This document shows positions 9,247 through 18,071 of a DNA stretch of 35,262 nt, in pieces (position 1 is the stretch's first letter; every line of letters begins with the position of its first letter). The position numbers and the translations under genes are program-made. The notes below the pieces were generated by a model, which was not told the DNA's origin, made no database searches, and worked only from the letters and a program-made list of their open reading frames with translations. This DNA comes from a virus (lineage: Duplodnaviria; Caudoviricetes): the IMG/VR virus record IMGVR_UViG_3300016654_000061, positions 1 to 35,262 of that record. One strand, given 5' to 3'.

Positions 9247-10107
9247 TTAGTCATCTGCCCATTGGGACAGTACGTCTTGAAGTTCGGGCTTAGATGCCGC
9301 CGCTTCAGCTTTCTCCGACTTGCGCTTGGTGGGTTCTGCAACCGCAGGAGCGGCTTCGGCAGTTGGCTTTGCCTTAGGTGCAGGGGGTTCATCGGTTTTA
9401 TCAACTTGTGCCACAGTCATCGTAATTGCCGATACGGCCGCGGGTGATTTGCTTTGCGTGATTGCGCCATCAATCTCGTCTTCGGTCAGCCAGCGGACTG
9501 GCTTAAAAGTCAGGCGGGGTGTAGCCGACTTAGTATCAAACCGAGCCTCAGTTACAACCGCCGTAATCGGGGTGCGTTGTGCCTTCAGGTACTTGGCATA
9601 CGCTTGCATGGGCATCCGGTCATTCTCGGGCTTACCAAAGATTGATTGTGATGGCAGCGTCAGTTGATACACGTCGCCATTGATGTCGTTATCCAGCACG
9701 ATGGCAAGACGCTGGGAGAAGCGGCAAGCGCGGGAATCGCCCTGACCGGAACCCTTGATGTTCTGAGGGCAGTCGGCACAAGCCGTAGCCTGTGGGTTGT
9801 GCGAGTCGGGGCTGGGCGCGGCGCCATCAGCAGACCAGCAATCGGGGGCGGCGTTCTTACCTTCCTCGTATGTACCTTCGTAGAAGGTGCGCGAAATGTT
9901 CGGGGCGGCGTTAACCACGACCATGTTCAGGCTACGATCTTCCCGCACGGCGATCTCTTGACCGCCATCCATGAGGCGAAATACGCCACCACGAATAGAA
10001 ATGCGCTTAAGGCCACTACCACCAGCCAATGAAGACGTAACATCATCTAATTGGCGGGCTTTGATGTGGGCGGGGACTGCATCTTTGAATAGAGTGATTT
10101 CACTCAT
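9247..10107 (-). CDS. Putative ssDNA-binding/annealing protein with a Cys4 site
   Basis: C.S.DG...CADCPQN.KGSG...RAC pattern; Ala/Pro-rich linker; acidic aromatic C-terminus (WADD); replication-module position. Confidence 0.6.
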   Translation of the reverse strand: MSEITLFKDAVPAHIKARQLDDVTSSLAGGSGLKRISIRGGVFRLMDGGQEIAVREDRSLNMVVVNAAPNISRTFYEGTYEEGKNAAPDCWSADGAAPSPDSHNPQATACADCPQNIKGSGQGDSRACRFSQRLAIVLDNDINGDVYQLTLPSQSIFGKPENDRMPMQAYAKYLKAQRTPITAVVTEARFDTKSATPRLTFKPVRWLTEDEIDGAITQSKSPAAVSAITMTVAQVDKTDEPPAPKAKPTAEAAPAVAEPTKRKSEKAEAAASKPELQDVLSQWADD

Positions 10108-10544
10108 TTGGATCTCCTCACGGTGATTGAATAAGAGTTTGCTACGTTAAGGCCTTTAGGCACTAGCGTGGGGTGTTCTTCCAGCCATGCCTTCAGGTTG
10201 GTTTGATTGATGCGCTTGTGCAAAATGCCATACAACTTGTGCTCATCAATGTACTCATACAACGATTCCCAATCGTTAGTTGAGTAGTCCGTCTTCACGG
10301 CGCGGATAATTGTGCCGTGTTTGGTCTTGATATTGCTTGCGCCGATGCCTTTGCATTTCTCAAGGAAGTGGTCTTCGATCGCCTTCATTTGCGCAAGGAG
10401 GACCTCTTCTTTCTCGGCAAATTCCTTTTGCAACTCGCGTAGGTGGTCACGAATCTTGATGTAGACCTTGACCATCTGATCTAGGGCAACTTCCTCGGGA
10501 GCCGCGCCAGCATTGGCTTCCTCTACTACTTGGTCTTCATTCAT
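10104..10544 (-). CDS. Conserved phage replication-module protein (coiled coil plus beta domain)
   Basis: N-terminal coiled coil, KTKHGT, DW...Y, PKGL; RBS AAGGAG. Confidence 0.75.
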   Translation of the reverse strand: MNEDQVVEEANAGAAPEEVALDQMVKVYIKIRDHLRELQKEFAEKEEVLLAQMKAIEDHFLEKCKGIGASNIKTKHGTIIRAVKTDYSTNDWESLYEYIDEHKLYGILHKRINQTNLKAWLEEHPTLVPKGLNVANSYSITVRRSK

Positions 10545-10571
10545 GGTGTACTCCTTGTTGTTATGACTACT

Positions 10572-10600
10572 ATCTTAGTGTCTAAATTTGACATTGTCAA
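10572..10600 (-). promoter_or_regulatory. Near-consensus sigma70 promoter for the SSB/primase operon
   Basis: TTGACA-N17-TAAGAT; the -35 box is half of the perfect palindrome TTGACATTGTCAA (10588-10600). Confidence 0.8.
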
Positions 10601-12150
10601 GTAGTTAGTTCGCGGTAAAGCGAAATTATTTGTTGGTGGACATCCAACTTGCTTTGCAACATCTTGTAGATTCGCTTCTCGGCGGGACTGCCTTCCAGGT
10701 GAACAACGGTGACGGGGTTATGTTGTCCGTGTCGATGAACCCGAGCGTTGGCTTGCAGATATGTCTCTAGGCTAGTCGTTGGGCCAAACCATACGATTGT
10801 GTTTGCCGCCGTTAGCGTCACGCCATGCGCCGCCGCCTGTGGCTGAATGACTAGCACCTTGGGCGTGGCCTCCGACTGGAACCGCCGAAAGATGTCGGTT
10901 CGCGCCCTCGCCGAAACCTCCCCATTGATGATCTCGTTGGGATATCCCTTACGCGTTAAAAAGTCTGACACCACGTTGATTGCGTGTTTGAACGGCACAA
11001 ATATCAGGCTCTTGTGACTGGTTTCGGCAAGGACCGCTTCTAGTTCTGACAAACGGTTCGAGCAGTCAAACTCGATAACCTCTCCCCCATCCGAGTACAC
11101 CGCACCAGCAGATATCTGAAGCAACTTGTTAAGAACTGCTGCCGCATTTACACCGGACACTTCCTCCCCCGCCGCCACCAGCAGGGCTTGTTGTTTCATT
11201 TGGTGATAGTACTTTTCCTGTTGCTTGGTAAGGGGGACTTGGCGTGTCTCGTACGACATCTCCGGTAAGTCAAGACATTCGGCTTTGGTGAATCGAATGG
11301 CTGGCTGAAGTGCTTCATGCACAGTCTGACTGGCGTTGTCTTTGGGTAACCACCGAAACTGAGTAGCCTTCCACATGACTTTGTCTCGCCACGATCCCAC
11401 AAACTTTGGCACGCGATCAGGACAGACCAACCGTGCCAACCCGTACGCATCTTCCGGTGACTGAGCCGCAGGCGTTCCCGTTAACATCCATAGCCAGCGC
11501 GTGGAACCAACAAGTTTATTCATTACCTTCCAGCGGCGCGTGCTAATAGTCTTGTAGGCATTGGCTTCATCAATCACTATCAAATCAAAATTGTTTTTGT
11601 CAATCTCTTCAGCAATGATCTCTACGCCATCGAAGTTGATGATGACAAACTCGGCGTGTCCATTGACAACCTTCTTGCGTTTATCCGGTGTGCCGTGGGC
11701 TACATCGCATGACCGATGCATAGCAAACTTAAACAAGTCGTCTTGCCATGCAGACTGCATGATTGAGAGGGGGCATACCACAAGCACTCGGCGTATGAAG
11801 CCCAGTTTCATTAGGTAGTCTGCCGCCCATATCACAGAGGCGGTCTTGCCTGTCCCCTGCTCGTTAAAGCAGAACGCCCTGCGGTGCAGGGTGAGGAACG
11901 ATGCGGTTTCGATTTGGTGTTTGAATGGCTTGTATAAGCCCCTGAACTCGTAGTGACCTACGATTGGTGATGGGACATTCTTCACGCCTATGTTCTTAAG
12001 AACTTGCGCTTCTTCTAGTCCCCAATGAACTGCGACTTTGGAGATTCCGTTGGGCAAAACTTCAAGGGTCTTGCTCTTGGGAATGATCGCAGTAACCCTG
12101 TCGGGCTTCTTGAGATTTAATAAAAGTACTTTGTTATCAACTATTTCCAT
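10597..12150 (-). CDS. SNF2-family (SF2) helicase
   Basis: EQGTGKT (motif I), VVCPLS (Ia), IDEA (II), LTGTP (III), HGVTLTAA (V), QANARVHR.GQ (VI). Confidence 0.93.
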   Translation of the reverse strand: MEIVDNKVLLLNLKKPDRVTAIIPKSKTLEVLPNGISKVAVHWGLEEAQVLKNIGVKNVPSPIVGHYEFRGLYKPFKHQIETASFLTLHRRAFCFNEQGTGKTASVIWAADYLMKLGFIRRVLVVCPLSIMQSAWQDDLFKFAMHRSCDVAHGTPDKRKKVVNGHAEFVIINFDGVEIIAEEIDKNNFDLIVIDEANAYKTISTRRWKVMNKLVGSTRWLWMLTGTPAAQSPEDAYGLARLVCPDRVPKFVGSWRDKVMWKATQFRWLPKDNASQTVHEALQPAIRFTKAECLDLPEMSYETRQVPLTKQQEKYYHQMKQQALLVAAGEEVSGVNAAAVLNKLLQISAGAVYSDGGEVIEFDCSNRLSELEAVLAETSHKSLIFVPFKHAINVVSDFLTRKGYPNEIINGEVSARARTDIFRRFQSEATPKVLVIQPQAAAHGVTLTAANTIVWFGPTTSLETYLQANARVHRHGQHNPVTVVHLEGSPAEKRIYKMLQSKLDVHQQIISLYRELTT

Positions 12151-12219
12151 GGTGTTTACAGATGCGTTTGCAGGCGTATGTGAAGTTTCACATCGCCCTT
12201 GGGTACTGCACCGCTTGAG

Positions 12220-12498
12220 TTACTTGACGGAACTGTCTTTGTTCCGCTTGAAACTTCTGTTCTTAGATGGGGATTGTAGTCGATATCCGTCTTTGTTGCT
12301 ACCCCCTTTTGATAGGGGTTTTACATGAGCAACATCCTTGCCGTTGCGGCGAGGGGATTTCTTTTCGATTGTGCCTGTGTCCTTCTTGTCGATGGCACGC
12401 CTAGCACGCTGGCGTTCCATGCGGTTCTCATGCTCACCCCTAGCAACCTGTTGCTTGTATTCCTTCTTGTAGGGGCGGGGCTTGTTGACGTAGGGCAT
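12220..12498 (-). CDS. Small HNH-type endonuclease-like protein
   Basis: KDVAHVKPLSKGGSN...SKNRS; basic N-terminus. Confidence 0.8.
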   Translation of the reverse strand: MPYVNKPRPYKKEYKQQVARGEHENRMERQRARRAIDKKDTGTIEKKSPRRNGKDVAHVKPLSKGGSNKDGYRLQSPSKNRSFKRNKDSSVK

Positions 12499-12510
12499 GG
12501 GGTGTCGAAT

Positions 12511-12523
12511 GGAACTGAGTTCC
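12511..12523. promoter_or_regulatory. Palindromic operator-like site, copy 1 (GGAACTGAGTTCC)
   Basis: Intergenic, 12 nt before the HNH start. Confidence 0.75.
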
Positions 12524-12529
12524 GATCAA

Positions 12530-13198
12530 TTATCCATGCTTCCCGTTGTGAACACAAGAATGCACCGCACAATAATTACGGCAGGTGAAGTTGGGTTTGG
12601 GGTTCCAAACATCTTGTTGGTACGCCGCTTTCATGGGGGTGTACATAAATAGTGCATCGCGCAATAGCCCAAGGAAGTCGGCTTTGTTGTAGTCCTTTTT
12701 GATGAAGTCCCCGCTCACCACAAACATCAACGCGCCCTTGACCCGCTCGATCTCGGGGAAGTGTGCAAAGGTAGCCATGGCGAGAAAGTCCAATTGCTTG
12801 GTGTCTGCGTACTTGGCATTGCGCCCAGTCTTGTAGTCGATGATATAGGCGGTCTTGTCACTCAACACGACAAGGTCTGCGATACCACGCCACCAAACAT
12901 CTTGGTCAAAGAAGCCGCAGGGCTTACCGCCATCTGTTATGCCCATCTTGTACTCGCAAAGTTTTTGACCTTCGATGGACTTGAGTTTTTCTAGGTAGGG
13001 GAGTATGAACAAGAACTGTTCGGGGAGGGGCGTACCGTCTTGTATAAACAATTCGGCGGCTTTGTGGAGTTGTTCTCCGTAGAGAAGATGCTCGGTCTTA
13101 GGCTCAACTACATCCTTAACCACCCGCAGATGGTGATACTTCTTTGGGCATTGATGAAATAGCGTGATGCTGGAATAAGACCAAGCAGGGGCATTCAT
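12530..13198 (-). CDS. PD-(D/E)xK (Cas4/RecB-like) exonuclease
   Basis: WSYS...CP, GEQLH, GIADL, IIDYKTG, C-terminal C..C....C cluster. Confidence 0.88.
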   Translation of the reverse strand: MNAPAWSYSSITLFHQCPKKYHHLRVVKDVVEPKTEHLLYGEQLHKAAELFIQDGTPLPEQFLFILPYLEKLKSIEGQKLCEYKMGITDGGKPCGFFDQDVWWRGIADLVVLSDKTAYIIDYKTGRNAKYADTKQLDFLAMATFAHFPEIERVKGALMFVVSGDFIKKDYNKADFLGLLRDALFMYTPMKAAYQQDVWNPKPNFTCRNYCAVHSCVHNGKHG

Positions 13199-13380
13199 TT
13201 TTCGTCTCTTGCCTTTTCTTCTGTTTGGGCGATTAGCATTGCTTTCATTAATCTTAAACTAACAATTGTTAAATCTATGTTATCTATTGAAGAATTAAAG
13301 TCGCGTTTTAAGATTTCTTTATAAGATGCTTCTAGAAACCTGCGGGCATCAAGATAGTAAGATGAGTAGTCCATTAGCAT
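13195..13380 (-). CDS. Hypothetical protein (61 aa, AT-rich)
   Basis: Fills the gap between polymerase and nuclease, overlapping both. Confidence 0.7.
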   Translation of the reverse strand: MLMDYSSYYLDARRFLEASYKEILKRDFNSSIDNIDLTIVSLRLMKAMLIAQTEEKARDEK

Positions 13381-15194
13381 TCTCCATAGTTCGTGCCGAT
13401 GCCCACCTCGCAGTTAAGAGGCAAGCCAGTAGCCCAGTCGGGTGACCAGCGCATACATTCTTCAACATACTCGCGGGCAATATGTTGCTCTCCGATTGGG
13501 GCTATACAGGCGATGGCGTCATGCACAGTAAGCACCACCCGATAACGCTCGGCGATCTTCAACATCTGTTGACCTACAACAATCCTAGCCAACGCCTGCA
13601 CCACATTCTCAATAACTTTACCACCATAAATCTTGACCCACTCGTTCTTGCGGGCTTCGTACTCAAACTGTCCGTCTCGGTCTGCCTTCAAGTTGTTGTA
13701 CTTAACATGCAAACCTGATGGTAGCCGGATGCCTTTCTCACCTTCAACAATTAACACATCGTGCTGACCAAGCCGAACCTTCTTGTTATGCAGGATAGCC
13801 GGTAGGGCGTTCTGTCCGTCATACCATAACTTCTTGATCTTAAAGTTCTTTTCACGATACACATTGATGATGCGCTCGGCTTCGTGTTTCTCTAGATTAA
13901 TCTTCTGAAGTGAGAGCATGTTCTTAAACTTCTCTGCCCCCATGCCATAGCCACAACCAAGCACAACGGTCTTGCCGATGAACCGCTCGTCTTTGTTGAT
14001 GTCCTCGGGGTCTTTGTTGTAGATAGCCGATGCCATGATCTTGTAGACATCGTCACCTGTGGCAAACGCTTGAACAATATCTTGCTGACCAGCCAACCAC
14101 GCCAGCATACGCGCCTCGATCTGTGAAGAGTCTGAGTCAATAATCACATAACCTTCGGGCGCGCAGATAGAGTTCTTGAGGGCTGAAGATCCTGTGCGTG
14201 ACGGCAAGTTCTGTAAATTCAACGAATCCGAACCACCCCATCTGCCTGTGTGTGCGGCATAGTATTTTAGCGGGACAGGTAATGTGCCTCGGCTACCGAT
14301 ACCGATGAATCTTTCGGTGCGTGTTTCCTCCAGCGTAGACTTGACCCCAAGCCTAGCCGCCACCGCAGTCTGCACCGCAACATCTTCGTGGTCTTGCAAA
14401 GCAAGAAAGGCTTTGTCTGTCTTGGAGAAAGCCAGCGTCTCTCTGCCTGTGGTCGGGCTAATCTTGGTAGGGGGCTCAACGCCTCGGCTTTGTAACCAGT
14501 CTGCCAACTTGTTATTAGACATAAGCGTGTCGGTATCCAGACCAGACGCTTCAAGCAACTTGTCCTTAAACTCCCTGATAGATGTTAGGTGCTTTGTCAA
14601 CAGCTCAACATCAACTACAAGTACTGGTTCTGCAAACATTCGTATAGTCAAGTCGATCAACTTCAATTCCGATCTCGGAAAGTTAACCAACATCTTGCGG
14701 AATAACTTGTAGGTCAACTCCACATCGTTGCAACAGTAGAGCCCGTAGTTCTTGAGTTCGGCTTTTGTAAACGAGTTGCGTCTCTTACCAAGTGCATGGA
14801 TTACTTCATCGCCTTTCACGCCAACGCCGTAGTATTCGGCAAGTTTTGCCAACGACTTGGACTGTGTTGCGGGTAGTAGGGCTTGCCCCATGGACATTGT
14901 GTCCAACCAACCCAAAGGCACGATGCCGAATCGCCACACCAAAATGGCGGCATCGAACATCGTATTCTGTGCAAGTACTAGGCTTGAGCCCCAGTCAAAC
15001 TGGTCAAGCCATTCTTTAATATCTTGATGAGTACCGCTGAACCAACGCGTATCCCCATCACCTTCCTTTACTGCTACACCAATTGTTTCAAAGAGATCTG
15101 ACCGAACATACTCCTCGGTAGTTATCTTGCTGAGTGAGTAGTCTTTGTCGTAGTAAGTTTCAAAATCAATCGTTAATAATTTGGTCGATGACAT
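13374..15194 (-). CDS. polA: Family A DNA polymerase with 3'-5' exonuclease domain (Leu762 type)
   Basis: ExoI IDFET, ExoII NTMFD, HTGRW, NLQNLP, motif A DSSQIEAR, motif B RFIGKTVVLGCGYG, motif C VHDA. Confidence 0.95.
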   Translation of the reverse strand: MSSTKLLTIDFETYYDKDYSLSKITTEEYVRSDLFETIGVAVKEGDGDTRWFSGTHQDIKEWLDQFDWGSSLVLAQNTMFDAAILVWRFGIVPLGWLDTMSMGQALLPATQSKSLAKLAEYYGVGVKGDEVIHALGKRRNSFTKAELKNYGLYCCNDVELTYKLFRKMLVNFPRSELKLIDLTIRMFAEPVLVVDVELLTKHLTSIREFKDKLLEASGLDTDTLMSNNKLADWLQSRGVEPPTKISPTTGRETLAFSKTDKAFLALQDHEDVAVQTAVAARLGVKSTLEETRTERFIGIGSRGTLPVPLKYYAAHTGRWGGSDSLNLQNLPSRTGSSALKNSICAPEGYVIIDSDSSQIEARMLAWLAGQQDIVQAFATGDDVYKIMASAIYNKDPEDINKDERFIGKTVVLGCGYGMGAEKFKNMLSLQKINLEKHEAERIINVYREKNFKIKKLWYDGQNALPAILHNKKVRLGQHDVLIVEGEKGIRLPSGLHVKYNNLKADRDGQFEYEARKNEWVKIYGGKVIENVVQALARIVVGQQMLKIAERYRVVLTVHDAIACIAPIGEQHIAREYVEECMRWSPDWATGLPLNCEVGIGTNYGEC

Positions 15195-15462
15195 GGCGTA
15201 ATTCCTCTATATTCTCTGCATGGATGACAACGGCGATACCACCTTGGTCTCTTATTTGTGCCAAGTTCTTTTGTTGTAATGCGGTGGGCTGGTCCTTGGG
15301 TGTAGCCTTACACTCAATAGCCAAGAACCGCCCGCGCACACAAACAATTAAGTCGGGTATTCCACTCGAACCATACCCTGACATAACAGGGTAGAACCAG
15401 TAGACGCCATACGAATCAAGTAGGGTTGTTACTTTCCTCTTGACTTTCTTCTCGGGTGTCAT
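15166..15462 (-). CDS. VRR-NUC domain nuclease (putative Holliday junction resolvase)
   Basis: TPE..VK, GIPD, AIECKA, PTALQ, GG.A.V. Confidence 0.9.
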   Translation of the reverse strand: MTPEKKVKRKVTTLLDSYGVYWFYPVMSGYGSSGIPDLIVCVRGRFLAIECKATPKDQPTALQQKNLAQIRDQGGIAVVIHAENIEELRHVIDQIIND

Positions 15463-16306
15463 ATTGATCTCTTAGTTGCTGAAGATCACGACCATACAGG
15501 AAGTATGAGTTGGCTTCAACTTTAACCCCGATGTCCTCCAACACATCCTTGTGTGGCGCGATCTTGAGCAGGGCGATCTTCGATCTGATGAAGTCAGGCA
15601 TCTCATCAAAGTCTTGATACTCAACTACCCTGCCTTCGGTTGTACTACCAAAGATGTTGAGTATCCAGCGGTTGCCTACTTGGAACGCAATGACTTGCAT
15701 AGCAGACTGCGAGCCAGCGTTCGTGTTCGACTTCATCCACACCATGTGGTCGAGGCGTTCTCTAAATTCAATGACTGCTTGCTTCGCGGCATCGGGTATG
15801 GGTCTAGGATTGCCAAGCACCAAGTCATACATCAGGTCACCATAGTCTAAATGGAGTCCTCCGCGTGCATCGTTAGCCGCACGCTCTGCTTTCCACACTA
15901 GATTGTTAATGTAGCGATGACCTTCTTCGAGGATTACTTTAGCCCGCTCAAGCAAAGAGAATGGCTTAGCATACTCATCAATAATTTTAATGATGACTTT
16001 CTCTTTGGTGGTGCGCTTCTCGTTTCGGGGGTGTCGCTCGTTGCAAATTAATCGAGACTGGATACACAGACGATGGTTGTCTGAAGTATCGTTCAGTTGG
16101 TCCACATAGACTGTCACAAACTCATAGGGGGATTCCTCGGTGTACGCAGTAAACGCTACCAACATGCTTACTTTGTTATCACCCATGTAGAACTCACGAA
16201 TGTTGTGGTCTTTGTATGAGAAAGACACACCAGCAAAGCGTTTCTTCAGGCGGTCCATAGCGATCTTGAGTTTGGGGTGTACGGCAGGGGATTGATAGTC
16301 TGTCAT
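15416..16306 (-). CDS. Hypothetical protein (296 aa)
   Basis: Long ORF with the shared leader AGAAAGGAAATACC-ATG. Confidence 0.8.
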   Translation of the reverse strand: MTDYQSPAVHPKLKIAMDRLKKRFAGVSFSYKDHNIREFYMGDNKVSMLVAFTAYTEESPYEFVTVYVDQLNDTSDNHRLCIQSRLICNERHPRNEKRTTKEKVIIKIIDEYAKPFSLLERAKVILEEGHRYINNLVWKAERAANDARGGLHLDYGDLMYDLVLGNPRPIPDAAKQAVIEFRERLDHMVWMKSNTNAGSQSAMQVIAFQVGNRWILNIFGSTTEGRVVEYQDFDEMPDFIRSKIALLKIAPHKDVLEDIGVKVEANSYFLYGRDLQQLRDQYDTREESQEESNNPT

Positions 16307-16330
16307 GGTATTTCCTTTCTAGTTGTGAGT

Positions 16331-16343
16331 GGAACTCGGTTCC
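16331..16343. promoter_or_regulatory. Operator-like site, copy 2 (GGAACTCGGTTCC)
   Basis: Intergenic, just upstream of the RBS of 16306. Confidence 0.75.
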
Positions 16344-16349
16344 GTTCGA

Positions 16350-17174
16350 CTATCGAACGATTGTTGTGTTGGGTACTTCACGCATCTCAAAGACATCTTC
16401 ATGGTTGTCCTTGATGTAGTCATCTACACACAGGCGTATCTCGTCACCTGTAAAGTGATAGCCATGCGTTCTCCAGTTGTACAGGCGTCTGCGTCTATGA
16501 GAGACTGCGTGAAAGAGGCAGGCATCGAAAGCATTTGCAAAAGCCTCCGTTGTTTCGTCATACTTCCTACCTTCCACCGACTCCATGTAAAAGGCAAACG
16601 CTTCTCCAGGTTTTCTTTTGACTTGAAGATCTTCCATGCTTAAGAAGTTGCCTGCCAATTTAAGCATCGCTTCGCCGTACTCCAAGAAGTCTGTAAACAA
16701 AGCGCGCTTCTCTTTCATCTTCGACCGAACAATGTAGGGCTTCTTCTCGCGCACTACTTCACCAGTCAGCGCACCATCTTGCAGGGTCAGAGTTAGTGTG
16801 GGTTTCTCTGTTCGATGCAAGGCATACTGCACCTGCTTGACCATGTCGTACAGATAGAACTTGTTGCAGTTTGCGTATCGCACTTTCAGCAAGTCTTTAA
16901 ACAACGGCGCAAGAATCTGTCGATTGGCTAGATCGTAACCGCCAAAATGAAATGTGATTGAGCCCTCTTTGTGATAGTCAACCACAGGCTTGTCTGCATA
17001 TGTGCCGATACGAATTGTCTCGTCATCGAGCATCCGCATCCAACGATCGTGGTGATACCGCCGCTTGCCAAGCGGTCTAACATCTTTACCTCTGATCGGT
17101 TTGGTATTGTTGAAATGTTCAAGCGCGTGCTCATACCGATGTAGTTTTGGAACATCATGGGTCAGCATCTTCAT
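16350..17174 (-). CDS. Hypothetical protein (274 aa)
   Basis: Long ORF with RBS AAAGGAG; TKPIRG...RPLG.RR motif. Confidence 0.8.
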   Translation of the reverse strand: MKMLTHDVPKLHRYEHALEHFNNTKPIRGKDVRPLGKRRYHHDRWMRMLDDETIRIGTYADKPVVDYHKEGSITFHFGGYDLANRQILAPLFKDLLKVRYANCNKFYLYDMVKQVQYALHRTEKPTLTLTLQDGALTGEVVREKKPYIVRSKMKEKRALFTDFLEYGEAMLKLAGNFLSMEDLQVKRKPGEAFAFYMESVEGRKYDETTEAFANAFDACLFHAVSHRRRRLYNWRTHGYHFTGDEIRLCVDDYIKDNHEDVFEMREVPNTTIVR

Positions 17175-17190
17175 TCTCCTTTCAGGTTAA

Positions 17191-18060
17191 TTAAAACGAC
17201 ATCCGCTTCAGGATGTCATCGACTTCGGCTTTAACATCTTTCCGAATCTCGGGGCTATCACGCAGTTCCTTCGCAGACACAGATGAGATTGCTTTCTCAA
17301 GTTGTTTGCGTGATTTCTCTAGTTCAGGATCTCGTGTGATGTTCATGTGTTGCAACACCTCAATAAGTTCTAGGGCGTTATCCACCAATGAATCGCGGAA
17401 GATCTTCTTGTCTGCACCATCACCAGTAAAGTCAAGGCGCTCGCTCATGCGGCTCAGACATTCATGCAGTCGTTCCCACGCATCTTTCATTGCGGCTTTG
17501 ACGCGTGTCTCCACCTGCGACTCGTACTTGCCGATCAACTCTTTGATACCTTCGTTGGCAATGTCCACGCGGAAGTCACCGAACTCAGGCACAGGTGAGT
17601 ACACATAGTTAAACCGGAACTTACTAGCGATCGAATCCACAGTCGGGTAGTCATCACGATTGAACAAGTCGCCAAGTGTGAACGCCGCTGTCGACACCAT
17701 ACTGTTGTACTCTGCAAGAAGTTTGTCCTTGTAGTTGTTGAACTCTACTTCTGCTGTCTGCATTATGGCGTTGTACTTCATGAAGTTGCCCATTGTGAGC
17801 AGTCGCGTGCCTGAGTCAGACCATGGTTGGGTCAGTTGATAATGGTCGTCACGAATCTTGTTGACCATCTTGTTCATCTGTTCGATCAGGTTGTCGCCAG
17901 CAAACAAGTTCTTGTGAAAGTTGCCGGCCCTAGCCTTCGTACCTTTGGCTTGGTCAATCTCTTCAGATACTTTCTTGTCCATCTTGCGTGCAGTCCACAT
18001 AGAGATGTTGAGGTCTACAAGTACTGCGCTCGATGAGAGGCTTGTGATTTCCATGTTCAT
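17191..18060 (-). CDS. DUF3150-like helical protein, partner of the AAA/vWA module
   Basis: Start re-called at 18060 after GAAAGGAAACATC. W...K.D, T.PW.D.G.RLL, LGDLFN..DYP motifs; position next to vWA. Confidence 0.7.
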   Translation of the reverse strand: MNMEITSLSSSAVLVDLNISMWTARKMDKKVSEEIDQAKGTKARAGNFHKNLFAGDNLIEQMNKMVNKIRDDHYQLTQPWSDSGTRLLTMGNFMKYNAIMQTAEVEFNNYKDKLLAEYNSMVSTAAFTLGDLFNRDDYPTVDSIASKFRFNYVYSPVPEFGDFRVDIANEGIKELIGKYESQVETRVKAAMKDAWERLHECLSRMSERLDFTGDGADKKIFRDSLVDNALELIEVLQHMNITRDPELEKSRKQLEKAISSVSAKELRDSPEIRKDVKAEVDDILKRMSF

Positions 18061-18071
18061 GATGTTTCCTT

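Noticed and set aside
12160-12219. Hammerhead ribozyme in the helicase leader (GAAAC present)
   Set aside because: No CUGANGA core.
12228-12246. CGGAAC-N7-GTTCCG at the end of the HNH gene as another operator
   Set aside because: The spacer is 7 nt rather than 3 and it lies in coding sequence; probably chance.
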